The translations under genes and the position numbers were made by a program. A model generated the notes under the pieces. The model worked only from the letters and a program-made list of their open reading frames with translations. It was not told the origin of the DNA and ran no database searches. A stretch of 64,000 nucleotides of DNA from an uncultured Chthonomonadaceae bacterium (GTDB lineage: Bacteria > Armatimonadota > Chthonomonadetes > Chthonomonadales > Chthonomonadaceae), in NCBI GenBank assembly GCA_963817895.1, contig CAWFQB010000001.1:768001-832000 (forward strand). The letters are read 5' to 3'. Below, one piece after another: positions 37,581 through 46,088 of the stretch; positions within the stretch are counted from its first letter, which is position 1; each line of letters opens with the position of its first letter.

Positions 37581-38609
37581 GGGCCTTGTGCTAGTTAGCA
37601 CGTCATTGTGTGGCCTGTCCTTTGTTCAGTTTGTGCCTTCGTTACGTACAAGAGTTTATCATCACACAAACTCCGCGCGTAACGAAAGGCACTTCCATGA
37701 TAACGCATTTTGACGACTTCTGCTTGTGGGTCTACTATGTGATTGACAGTATCTGGCAAGAAATCGGCAGTCAGTTCACCCATCCCGGCCCCCAATCCGA
37801 GTGCAGTGATGCCGAATTGCTCACGCTCGCCCTTGTGGGCGAGTGCCGGGGGTGGGACAAAGAAACGGAGATGATGCAGGAATGGCGGATGTACCGCCAC
37901 TTATTCCCGCATTTGCCCGAGCGTTCGCGCTTCAATCGTCGCCGCCGTACCCTGTGTCAGGCGATGAACCTGATCCGTCAAGGTGTACTTGGCTTGTTGG
38001 ACTTAGCCCAAGATGGACAATGCTTGCTTGACAGCCTGCCGGTTCCCGTTGTCGGCTTTCATCTGGCTCCGCAGGCGGGCAGCGGCTGGAAAGAACACGG
38101 CGCGACCTTCGGCAAAGTCAGTTCCAAGAAGTGGACAATCTTCGGCTACAAACTGCACTTGTTGTTAGCTGTCAACGGAACTATTCTGGACTTTGAACTC
38201 GCCCCTGCCAACGAAACCGACCTGAGCGTGGGGCAGGAAATCCTGTCGGCCCACGCGAATTTGCTGGTCATGGGCGACAAAGGCTACATCAGTCAGGAAG
38301 CGAAGGAACAGTGTGCCCAACGCAATGTCCGTCTGCTAACCCTGCCGCGTTCCAACCAGAAACAACAGGTTAGTCGCGAAACCAAGTACCGCTTCAACCG
38401 TTTGCGGCAGATAATCGAGACGGTCAATGGGCAACTCACGCAACAGTTCAACGTCGAAACCAATCATGCGCATAGTTTTTGGGGCTTGTGTACCCGCTTG
38501 TACGCCAAGTTGACCGCCCATACCGTGTGCATCTATCTAAACCGCTTGCTCGGCAAGGCAGAGTTCTTGCAGATCAAGGCACTGGCCTTCCCTAACTAGC
38601 ACAAGGCCC
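37581..38609 (+). mobile_element. IS982-family insertion sequence
   Basis: 18-bp perfect IR gggccttgtgctagttag / ctaactagcacaaggccc around a single transposase; no target duplication seen. Confidence 0.88.
37697..38599 (+). CDS. IS982-family DDE transposase
   Basis: SDAELLT, FPHLPERSRFNRR, LLDSLPVPV, FGYKLHL, GDKGYIS, RQIIETVNGQL. Confidence 0.92.
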   Translation: MITHFDDFCLWVYYVIDSIWQEIGSQFTHPGPQSECSDAELLTLALVGECRGWDKETEMMQEWRMYRHLFPHLPERSRFNRRRRTLCQAMNLIRQGVLGLLDLAQDGQCLLDSLPVPVVGFHLAPQAGSGWKEHGATFGKVSSKKWTIFGYKLHLLLAVNGTILDFELAPANETDLSVGQEILSAHANLLVMGDKGYISQEAKEQCAQRNVRLLTLPRSNQKQQVSRETKYRFNRLRQIIETVNGQLTQQFNVETNHAHSFWGLCTRLYAKLTAHTVCIYLNRLLGKAEFLQIKALAFPN

Positions 38610-38623
38610 TAGTTGTTAGGCCA

Positions 38624-38893
38624 ATGCAGCGCATTGTTATCATTACACGCTTTATGGCGTACACCAATGAAGATACGCAGAAGATTGCGAGCATTTTGGA
38701 TCAAACGGACGGAATTCTAAACCTGCTGATGTATGGCGAAGACGAACCGGGCGAACTTGAGCAGGCGGTGAAATGGCTCGGCACGAAATACCCGGAGTTC
38801 AGCAGCCTGTGGGAAGAATACCGCGTCCACTTGCGGCGTGAAATGCTACAGCAGGTGGCAAAATTACGGAAATGGGCGTATACTGAAATATAA
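38624..38893 (+). CDS. Small hypothetical helical protein upstream of pilT
   Basis: 89-aa ORF (possible start at MAYTNE), protein-like composition, same strand as the pil genes. Confidence 0.65.
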   Translation: MQRIVIITRFMAYTNEDTQKIASILDQTDGILNLLMYGEDEPGELEQAVKWLGTKYPEFSSLWEEYRVHLRREMLQQVAKLRKWAYTEI

Positions 38894-38964
38894 TCGCATC
38901 CGCATCGCAATCATTGGCTTTGCCCGAACAAGCGCGGGCAAAATGTAATCGCCGGAGAAAACAC

Positions 38965-40365
38965 TTGGCAAACAATCCCTACTCCAACCAGCCCGGAGCA
39001 CCCCCGCAGCCGGGACAGCCCCAACAGCCCGGTCAGCAGCCGGGAAGCGGATCTCAACAGGCCGGCGGCTTCGGAGCCGTACCCAACATGTACGGTCAAG
39101 CCCCACCCGTAAACGCCTATAATCCCGGCGCGGGACAGGTTCCTGCCGCGCCGGGTCAACCGGGTCAGCCCGGCCAGCCGGGTATGCCCGTGCCGCAGCC
39201 CATGCCGACCGCGCAAGTCGTGCAGGTGGCATCCGCGAAACCGCAGCCGCTCGACGACGCGCATATTGACGACCTGCTGAACACGATGTTTGAAAAGGGC
39301 GCGTCCGACCTGCACCTTGCGGTCGGTATTCCGCCTATCATCCGCATTGATGGCGCGCTTGTGCCGGTTCCCTATGAGAAGATGTCTCCGCAGCACTCGC
39401 AGCGCCTGATTTACGACATTCTCACGGACGAACAGATACAGCGGTTTGAAACCCATCTGGAACTGGACTTCTCCTATCAGCTTGCGCGCACCGCCCGCTT
39501 CCGCGTGAACGTGTTCCGCGATAAAGGCAACTGCGCCAGCGCGTTCCGCCAGATTCCGCAGAAAATTCCGACCCTGACGCAATTGAACCTGCCCGCCGTG
39601 CTGGAAGAACTGACCCGCCTGCCGCGCGGCCTTGTCCTCGTGACCGGCCCGACCGGTTCGGGCAAGTCCACCACGCTGGCCGCCATGATCAACCAGATCA
39701 ACAGCGAAGTCAGCAAGCACATCATCACGATTGAAGACCCGATTGAGTACCTGCACACGCACCGAACCAGCGTTATCAATCAGCGCGAAGTCGGGCAGGA
39801 CACGCTGGAATTCAAAAACGCCCTGCGCGCCGCCCTCCGCGAAGACCCGGACGTGATTCTCGTCGGTGAAATGCGCGACCTGGAAACCATGCAGATGGCC
39901 GTGTCCGCAGCCGAAACGGGCCACCTTGTGTTCGCCACGCTGCATACCAACTCCGCGGCCACCTCCGTCGAGCGCATCGTGGACTCGTTCCCCGGCGGGC
40001 AGCAGGAGCAGGTTCGCTTGCAGTTGTCCAACAACTTGCAGGCCATTCTCTGCCAGCAGTTGATTCCCCGCGCCAACCAGCCGGGCCGCGTCTGCGCCCT
40101 GGAAATCATGCGCGCTTCCCCGGCCATCCGCAACCTGATCCGCGAGGCCAAAGCGCACCAGATCACAGTCATGATTCAGACCAGCGCCAACCTGGGTATG
40201 CAGACGATGGATCAGTGCCTGCGCGACCTGTACGTGCGCGGAACCATCTCGTTTGAAGAGGCCATGAACCGCGCCATGAACCCGCCGGAACTGGAAAAGA
40301 TGATCAAAACCGTGACCGCGCCGACCACCGGGCCGGGTTCAAGCGGCGGCAATACGCGGTATTAA
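38965..40365 (+). CDS. pilT: Type IV pilus retraction ATPase PilT with P/Q/G-rich N-terminal extension
   Basis: GASDLHL, GPTGSGKSTT, TIEDPIEY, LREDPDVILVGEMRD, GHLVFATLHT, AIRNLIRE, GMQTMDQ; TTG start after ggaga. Confidence 0.95.
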   Translation: MANNPYSNQPGAPPQPGQPQQPGQQPGSGSQQAGGFGAVPNMYGQAPPVNAYNPGAGQVPAAPGQPGQPGQPGMPVPQPMPTAQVVQVASAKPQPLDDAHIDDLLNTMFEKGASDLHLAVGIPPIIRIDGALVPVPYEKMSPQHSQRLIYDILTDEQIQRFETHLELDFSYQLARTARFRVNVFRDKGNCASAFRQIPQKIPTLTQLNLPAVLEELTRLPRGLVLVTGPTGSGKSTTLAAMINQINSEVSKHIITIEDPIEYLHTHRTSVINQREVGQDTLEFKNALRAALREDPDVILVGEMRDLETMQMAVSAAETGHLVFATLHTNSAATSVERIVDSFPGGQQEQVRLQLSNNLQAILCQQLIPRANQPGRVCALEIMRASPAIRNLIREAKAHQITVMIQTSANLGMQTMDQCLRDLYVRGTISFEEAMNRAMNPPELEKMIKTVTAPTTGPGSSGGNTRY

Positions 40366-40368
40366 GAG

Positions 40369-40487
40369 GGTGGTTGGTGACTGGTGGTTGGTGACTGGTA
40401 AAACGTTATTCTAAGCCTCCTGCAATGCGGACAAACGATAATTTGCAGCATATAACCAATCGCCAGCCACCAGTCACCAACCACCAA
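40369..40487. repeat. Paired inverted heptamer arrays (ggtggtt/ggtgact)
   Basis: ggtggttggtgactggtggttggtgactggt ... accaatcgccagccaccagtcaccaaccacca. Confidence 0.85.
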
Positions 40488-40499
40488 TAGAGAATTGTC

Positions 40500-40976
40500 A
40501 TGCCGATCTTTCAATACACCGTACGGGATCAACCGGGCAAACGCGAACCGGGACATCAGAAGCGGAAGACATCGAAATATTGAAGATGCGCCTTCAGGAG
40601 CAGGGATTTGCCGTAGTAGAGGTCGGTGGGGTTGGCTATAAGCGCGACCGCAGCCGTATGGTTCGCGTTTCCAGCACTGAAGTGCTGGTGTTCTGGATAC
40701 AGTTTTCCATTATGATTGACAAGCAGGTGTCGCTTGTCCACGCCTTAGACATTGCCGCCGAACGCGCCGAATCCCTGCGCTTTGCTTCAGTGTTGAAATG
40801 TATTGCGAGGTCAGGTTTGCGGCGGAACGCCCCTGCATCAAGCCATGTCGCAGTACCCCAACGTTTTTGATGTGGCTTCCGTCGGCATTATTCATGCGGG
40901 CGAAACCGCCAACGCCCTGCCGGACGCCGTACATCGCCTGATACAATTTATGGAGCGTGACCGCAGGCGTGGTTGA
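40500..40976 (+). pseudogene. Truncated pilC paralogue covering only the first cytoplasmic domain (two frameshifts as sequenced)
   Basis: MPIFQYTVRDQ / RTGTSEAEDIEILKMRLQEQGF..QFSIMIDKQVSLVHALD / GGTPLHQAMSQYPNVF..IIHAGETANALPDAVHRLIQFMERDRRRG* aligns to the PilC N-terminus and stops before TM1. It may be intact if the indels are read errors. Confidence 0.75.
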
Positions 40977-41016
40977 TACGCTTCTGATGAACTTATATGC
41001 GCCTTCAAAAACCACT

Positions 41017-41059
41017 CCCCTCTCCCATGCTTTTTGGGAGAGGGGCCGGGGGTGAGGGC
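41017..41059. repeat. Short cccctctcc/ggagagggg REP (inverted relative to 35879)
   Basis: cccctctcccatgctttttgggagaggggccgggggtgagggc. Confidence 0.8.
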
Positions 41060-41120
41060 TTTAGTGGTTAATAGTTTTTGTTCGTCATCGGGTTTGTAAA
41101 GTTTGCGGAGGAGAATATCC

Positions 41121-42377
41121 ATGCCCGTTTTTCAATATACTGTCCGTGACCAGACCGGAGCCGTTCGCACCGGCACGTCGGAAGCGGAAAATCAGGAGAT
41201 TCTGAAACGCCGCTTGCAGGAGCAGGGCTTTCAGGTCAACGATGTTTCGCAATCCAAAGGCAAGCAGAAGAAGTCTGCCGGAGCCGGGTTTGGCCGCGTC
41301 AAGCTGGGCGACCTTTCGATTTTCTGCCGCCAGTTTTCCACCATGATTGACGCGGGCGTGTCGCTTGTCCGCGCGCTCGACGTGCTGGCGCGAACAGACG
41401 CAGAACCCCAAGCTGAAGCGCATCCTCAAAGAGATTCAGGTTGAGGTCGAATCGGGCGGCACGCTTTCCAAAGCGATGCAGAAGTACCCGAAGGTTTTCA
41501 ACAACCTGTTTATCGGGCTTGTGCGCGCGGGGGAAGTCGGTGGTGTACTCGAAGAATCTTTGCAGCGCCTGTCCCACTTCCTTGAAAAGGATATGGAACT
41601 GCGCCGCAAGGTGAAGTCGGCTATGACCTATCCCGTCATCGTCCTTGTCGTTGCGCTCGCCATCGTCCTCGGCCTTTGTACCTTCATCGTTCCCAAGTTC
41701 GTGGAGCTGTTCCACGACCTCGGCGTGAAGGAACTGCCCGCCATGACGCAGTTCCTCGTGGACTTCAGCGACTTCCTGAAGAACAAGTGGTACATCGGGA
41801 TCATCATCTGCGTGGTGGCATGGTTCGCCGTCAAATACTTTGGAACGACCAAAGTAGGACGGCGCGTGATTGACCGCGTGAAGCTGAAAATGCCCGTCTT
41901 CGGCAAACTGGGCCATAAAATCTGTCTGGCGCGTTTTTCTCGAACGCTTTCCACGCTTCTGGTTTCGGGCGTACCGATTTTGCAGGCGATGGAAACGGTT
42001 GCAGGCACACTTGGCAACGAAATCATTGCCGAAGCGGTTATGAACGCCCGCGCCCGTATCCGTGAGGGCGATAAAATCAACGAGCCGCTGGAAAAAAGCA
42101 AGATGTTCCCGCCGATGGTCGTTCACATGATCAGCATCGGCGAAGAATCGGGCGCTCTGGACCAGATGCTTTCCAAAATCGCCGAATTCTATGAGGGCGA
42201 AGTGGAAGCGCAGCTCGCGTCGCTTACCGCCGCCATCGAACCCATCATGATCGTGCTGCTCGGTATCTGCGTCGGCTTTATCGTTATCGCCATGTTCATG
42301 CCTCTGGTCAGGTCATTCAGAACCTGACGGGCGGCGGCGACGATGAAGCGAAAAAAGCGGGCGGCGACGAAAAGTAA
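41121..42377 (+). CDS. pilC: Type IV pilus platform protein PilC (GspF family); apparent frameshifts at about 41390 and 42310
   Basis: RBS ggaggag; FCRQFSTMIDAGVSL, RAGEVGG, VKSAMTYP, ARFSRTLSTLLVSGVPI, IGEESGAL, IEPIMIV. Corrected end VIQNLTGGGDDEAKKAGGDEK*. Confidence 0.93.
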
Positions 42378-42382
42378 GGAGG

Positions 42383-42458
42383 CAGGAAAAAGGAAAAAGG
42401 AAAAAGGAAAAAGCAGCATTGATGTTACTTTCTCCTTCCTCCTTTTTCCTTTTTCCTG
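42383..42458. repeat. Paired inverted heptamer arrays (ggaaaaa)
   Basis: (ggaaaaa)x4 ... cctttttcctttttcctg between pilC and pilD. Confidence 0.75.
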
Positions 42459-42468
42459 ATTGTGTGCC

Positions 42469-43648
42469 ATGCTTCCAACCGCTTTCTGGATAATAACGCT
42501 GTTTATACTGGGCATTTGCGTCGGCAGTTTTCTGACGGCGGTGATTTATCGCCTGGGGCATCCTGAAAAGCGGGTGAATGGCAGGAGAATGAGCCTGCTG
42601 GAGCCGAAACGCTCGATGTGTCCGAACTGCGGCCATTCGCTTCATGCGATTGATTTGCTGCCGCTATTCAGTTTTCTGATGTTCGGGCGCAAGTGCCACT
42701 ATTGCAAAGCGCCGATTTCCTGGCGATACTTCTGCGTGGAACTGCTGACCGGCCTGACATTCGTGGCGGTGTACTTCAAGTTCCCGCTGACGCCCCTGAA
42801 TATTGTGCCGCAAAACGCGCCTATCCTCGTGGCGATGCTGGCGTTTGTCGCCGTGCTGATACCCATTTTCTTTATTGATCTGGAAACGTTTACCATTCCG
42901 ATCTCGCTGACGCTGCTGGCAACCGTGATTCCGTTGGCATTGGACGTGTGGCAAATCGCGCATCATCGCCCTGGTTTTGAGCCGATGATGGGCTGGCTGC
43001 CCCGTTCTATAGCCGGGTGGATTGTCGGAACCCTGATTTTCGGATTTGTGCGCGTGGCGGGCTGGCTGTACCTTCATGCGGTAAGAGGCGTGGATGCCGA
43101 AGCGATGGGGTTGGGTGATGTATTTCTGGCGCGGGGCATGGGCGCGATGTTCCTGGTGACGATGCCGGTGGAACTAAGTTACTGGCCGTTTCCCCTGTGG
43201 GTCATATTGTCGTGTGTGGGCGGCATCCTCGTGTACCCCGTGTTTATGCTGGTTCAGAAGCAGAACGAAAAAAAACCGCAAAAAAATTTAGATCGGTACG
43301 GAAATGCGCCTGCCTTTGTCGAAACAACCGGGGGCATAACCGACAATGTAGCGGAGGAACCCACAGGTTCGGTTCTGGAACAGTTGCGCGATGTAGCCTT
43401 CGTGATGTTCGCTTACGACGCTTATGAGTGGACGCGATACACGTTCAGCGGCAACTACCAGAAAGCAAATCGAAGCCAGAGAAGCGGAAGAAGCGGCAAA
43501 TAATGCTTCCATAGAGGAGTGGATACCCGCGCCCACCGCAATTCCATTCGGGCCGTTTCTTGTGGTAGGTTTTCTCCTGACGGTTTTCGGGGGCGAAGCC
43601 ATGATACACGCCTATCTCGCCTTTGCACACCTGACGCCGGAGAAGTGA
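42469..43648 (+). CDS. pilD: Prepilin peptidase PilD (A24); apparent frameshift at about 43465
   Basis: GSFLTAVIYR, SMCPNC..KCHYC, FFIDLE, AMGLGD; the C-terminal IPFGPFL lies in ORF 43424..43648. Confidence 0.92.
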
Positions 43649-43779
43649 TTACCTCACCGGGGTGAGGTCAAAAGTCCCACAGGGAACAACCGCTTCCATA
43701 ATGTCGTCAGAAGTAGCGTACATAATGCATTGTTAAATGTAAGCCGCCTGCCCTGAATGGGCCGAAGGACAACGGAGTT

Positions 43780-44652
43780 ATGCGCCGTAAAGGTTTCACC
43801 CTAATCGAACTGCTCGTCGTGATCGCGATTATCGCGATTCTTGCCGCCATTCTGTTCCCTGTGTTTGGGAACGTGCGCAAGAAGGTGCGGGAAACGCAGT
43901 GCATGACGCAGATGCACGATGTGTACATCGCCCTGAAAGTGTACAAAGAGGATAACAACAAATATCCCGCCGCGTTGTTCGGGTTTGCCGAAGACACATC
44001 GGGTAATTTGTATACCAGTGGCACAGCAGCGAACATCAGCAATTTGCGCTACAAACCGCTGTTCACCAAACAAAACTATCTCAAAGACAACACAAAGTAT
44101 CAGTGTCCCGTCACTAAAGATAAAAGCCAGACGGATGTGACAACGGCTGTATATCCGGCGCTCATTGCCGCACCATCCAACTCGGCGCTGGCAGGCACCA
44201 ATGTTGTGTATTATGGAGCGATTCAGCACAACATCGGATATGAAGGACCAGAATATACAGGTAGTACGCCACCAGTCTATCCGGGGTACGGTCAAAGAAT
44301 CTACTTCTACAAGTACGATAATTATGACATTCAGCCTAAACCTAACACAAATCTCGATGGGCCGGACACAAGCAATTTGTATGAAATTCACTATGCGTTA
44401 AACTGGTCAATTAAGCCAGCAGCACCGCCTAATGACTCGAATGTGACCTCCGCAAGCGATTTCCGCGCCTTTCCCAACCAGATGAAATATGGCAACCGGG
44501 CGGATGAGAGCCATACGGTTGTGACGTGGTGCAACGAACACGCGCTGCTTGCGGGCAGCGATAAGTATCTGGTGCTGTCCCTGAGCGGTCAGGTCAAGCC
44601 CGTTGACAAGAAGACTTTCACGCAAAAAGGCCCGCTGACGATTTTGAAGTAA
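43780..44652 (+). CDS. Type IV pilin-like protein 1 (290 aa)
   Basis: MRRKG|FTLIELLVVIAIIAILAAILFPVF class III signal; RBS ggag. Confidence 0.93.
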   Translation: MRRKGFTLIELLVVIAIIAILAAILFPVFGNVRKKVRETQCMTQMHDVYIALKVYKEDNNKYPAALFGFAEDTSGNLYTSGTAANISNLRYKPLFTKQNYLKDNTKYQCPVTKDKSQTDVTTAVYPALIAAPSNSALAGTNVVYYGAIQHNIGYEGPEYTGSTPPVYPGYGQRIYFYKYDNYDIQPKPNTNLDGPDTSNLYEIHYALNWSIKPAAPPNDSNVTSASDFRAFPNQMKYGNRADESHTVVTWCNEHALLAGSDKYLVLSLSGQVKPVDKKTFTQKGPLTILK

Positions 44653-44696
44653 GCCGTCCATGCCTGATGGAACCTATTCGGGAAGAATACGCAAAC

Positions 44697-45728
44697 ATGA
44701 AAACGCATAACCCTCAATCCTCAATATGCAATCGGGCTTTCACCCTGATTGAACTGCTCGTCGTGATCGCGATTATCGCGATTCTTGCCGCTATTCTCTT
44801 CCCCGTCTTCGCGCAGGTGCGCGAATCCACGCGGCAGGGCAGCGCGATGAGCAATATGCGCGCGGTTTATCTCGGCGCGCGCCTGTTTTACGAGGATGAG
44901 GGCCGTTACCCGACCTCCCTGTTCGGTTATGCCGAAGTTCCCGTTGTCAATGCCGTCTACGACCCGAACAAGCCCACTGCCGCGCCCGCCCGTCCCGGCG
45001 ACACCAACATCACGCCGATGGGCCAGGCGACCGGCAACTACTACACGGACGCATTAAGCACGGGACGCGGCCTGAATCACGGCTATCTGTTTCATCAGCA
45101 GGTTCAGGATTACGAGTCCTTCCTCGACCCGGACAATCCCACAAACCGGCTGCAAAACAACCAGACGCAGATCACTGCCGCCGTCTATCCGGCCACGCTG
45201 CCCACGCTGAAAAGCGGCCAGGCGCTGGCAGGCCAGAATGTTGTTTGGTCACAGGCCAACAATACCGATACTTGTAAAAAAGTGGTTGACAGCGACTATC
45301 CGACCAATCCGAACAATTCTGCCGATGTAAGCTACTACAATGGCATTCAGAAGATGTACTATAAGATGGATAGCATGGACATTGGGCCGGCTATCGGATT
45401 TGACGCGAACGGCAATCCCGTTGCGCTCACGAACCCGGACGGCAGCACGAAGTACGAACTGCACTACTCGCCGGATTGGACCAAAGAGCGCTATGATCCG
45501 CTCAATAACTGCGACGAGTTTTCCAATGGTAATCCCATCGTGACGCAGTTAAAGTACAAGAACCCGCCCACCGAGCGCACCATTCTCACGTACATCACCG
45601 ATCACGTCGCCACTGCCGGCAGTCCCAATGTGCTGATCCTGCTGATGTCGGGTACGGCCCGCTCCCTGAACGTCAAACAGGCGCTGCAAACCACCAGTTC
45701 CATTTCGTTGCCCTTGAATTACAAGTAG
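44697..45728 (+). CDS. Type IV pilin-like protein 2 (paralogue of pilin 1)
   Basis: NRA|FTLIELLVVIAIIAILAAILFPVFAQ; shares YP..LFG.AE, ALAG.NVV, YK.D..DI.P, YE.HY and Q.KY blocks with pilin 1. Confidence 0.92.
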   Translation: MKTHNPQSSICNRAFTLIELLVVIAIIAILAAILFPVFAQVRESTRQGSAMSNMRAVYLGARLFYEDEGRYPTSLFGYAEVPVVNAVYDPNKPTAAPARPGDTNITPMGQATGNYYTDALSTGRGLNHGYLFHQQVQDYESFLDPDNPTNRLQNNQTQITAAVYPATLPTLKSGQALAGQNVVWSQANNTDTCKKVVDSDYPTNPNNSADVSYYNGIQKMYYKMDSMDIGPAIGFDANGNPVALTNPDGSTKYELHYSPDWTKERYDPLNNCDEFSNGNPIVTQLKYKNPPTERTILTYITDHVATAGSPNVLILLMSGTARSLNVKQALQTTSSISLPLNYK

Positions 45729-45732
45729 GCGA

Positions 45733-45828
45733 GTTGTTAGTTGTTAGGTTAAATGCTACGTTATACCCGTTGGGGTTCTTAACTTTAATAGCCTGACAAC
45801 CTAACAACTAACAACCTAACAACCTAAC
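45733..45828. repeat. Paired inverted heptamer-like arrays (gttgtta)
   Basis: gttgttagttgttaggtt ... acaacctaacaactaacaacctaacaacctaac. Confidence 0.8.
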
Positions 45829-45830
45829 GC

Positions 45831-45868
45831 AGCGGGGAAGTCACGCGCACAGGCAATACTTCCCCGCT
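45831..45868 (+). terminator. GC-rich hairpin after the two small pilins
   Basis: agcggggaagt-N16-acttccccgct; no U-tract. Confidence 0.4.
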
Positions 45869-46088
45869 AATAACATGTGTTCTCCTCATGTTCCTGAACA
45901 CCTGAATACCTGAATACCTGCATCGGAACATGGCGCGGTATCTTGTCGTCGTAAGGATAGCAGCGCCGCAATGCGCGGTACAGGCAAGACTTCTCCAAAC
46001 GTTTATCAGGCCGGTTCTTGTTAGACCGGATAATTCGCAGCCACCTTAACAGCGTTCGCATGGACACAGGGACGCAGGCTCCACGCCA

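Noticed and set aside
45829..46088. c-di-GMP-I riboswitch upstream of the minor pilins
   Set aside because: Only scattered fragments (cacaggcaa, gggacgca) resemble the motif; the GAAA tetraloop stem and spacing are absent. An Rfam search would settle it.
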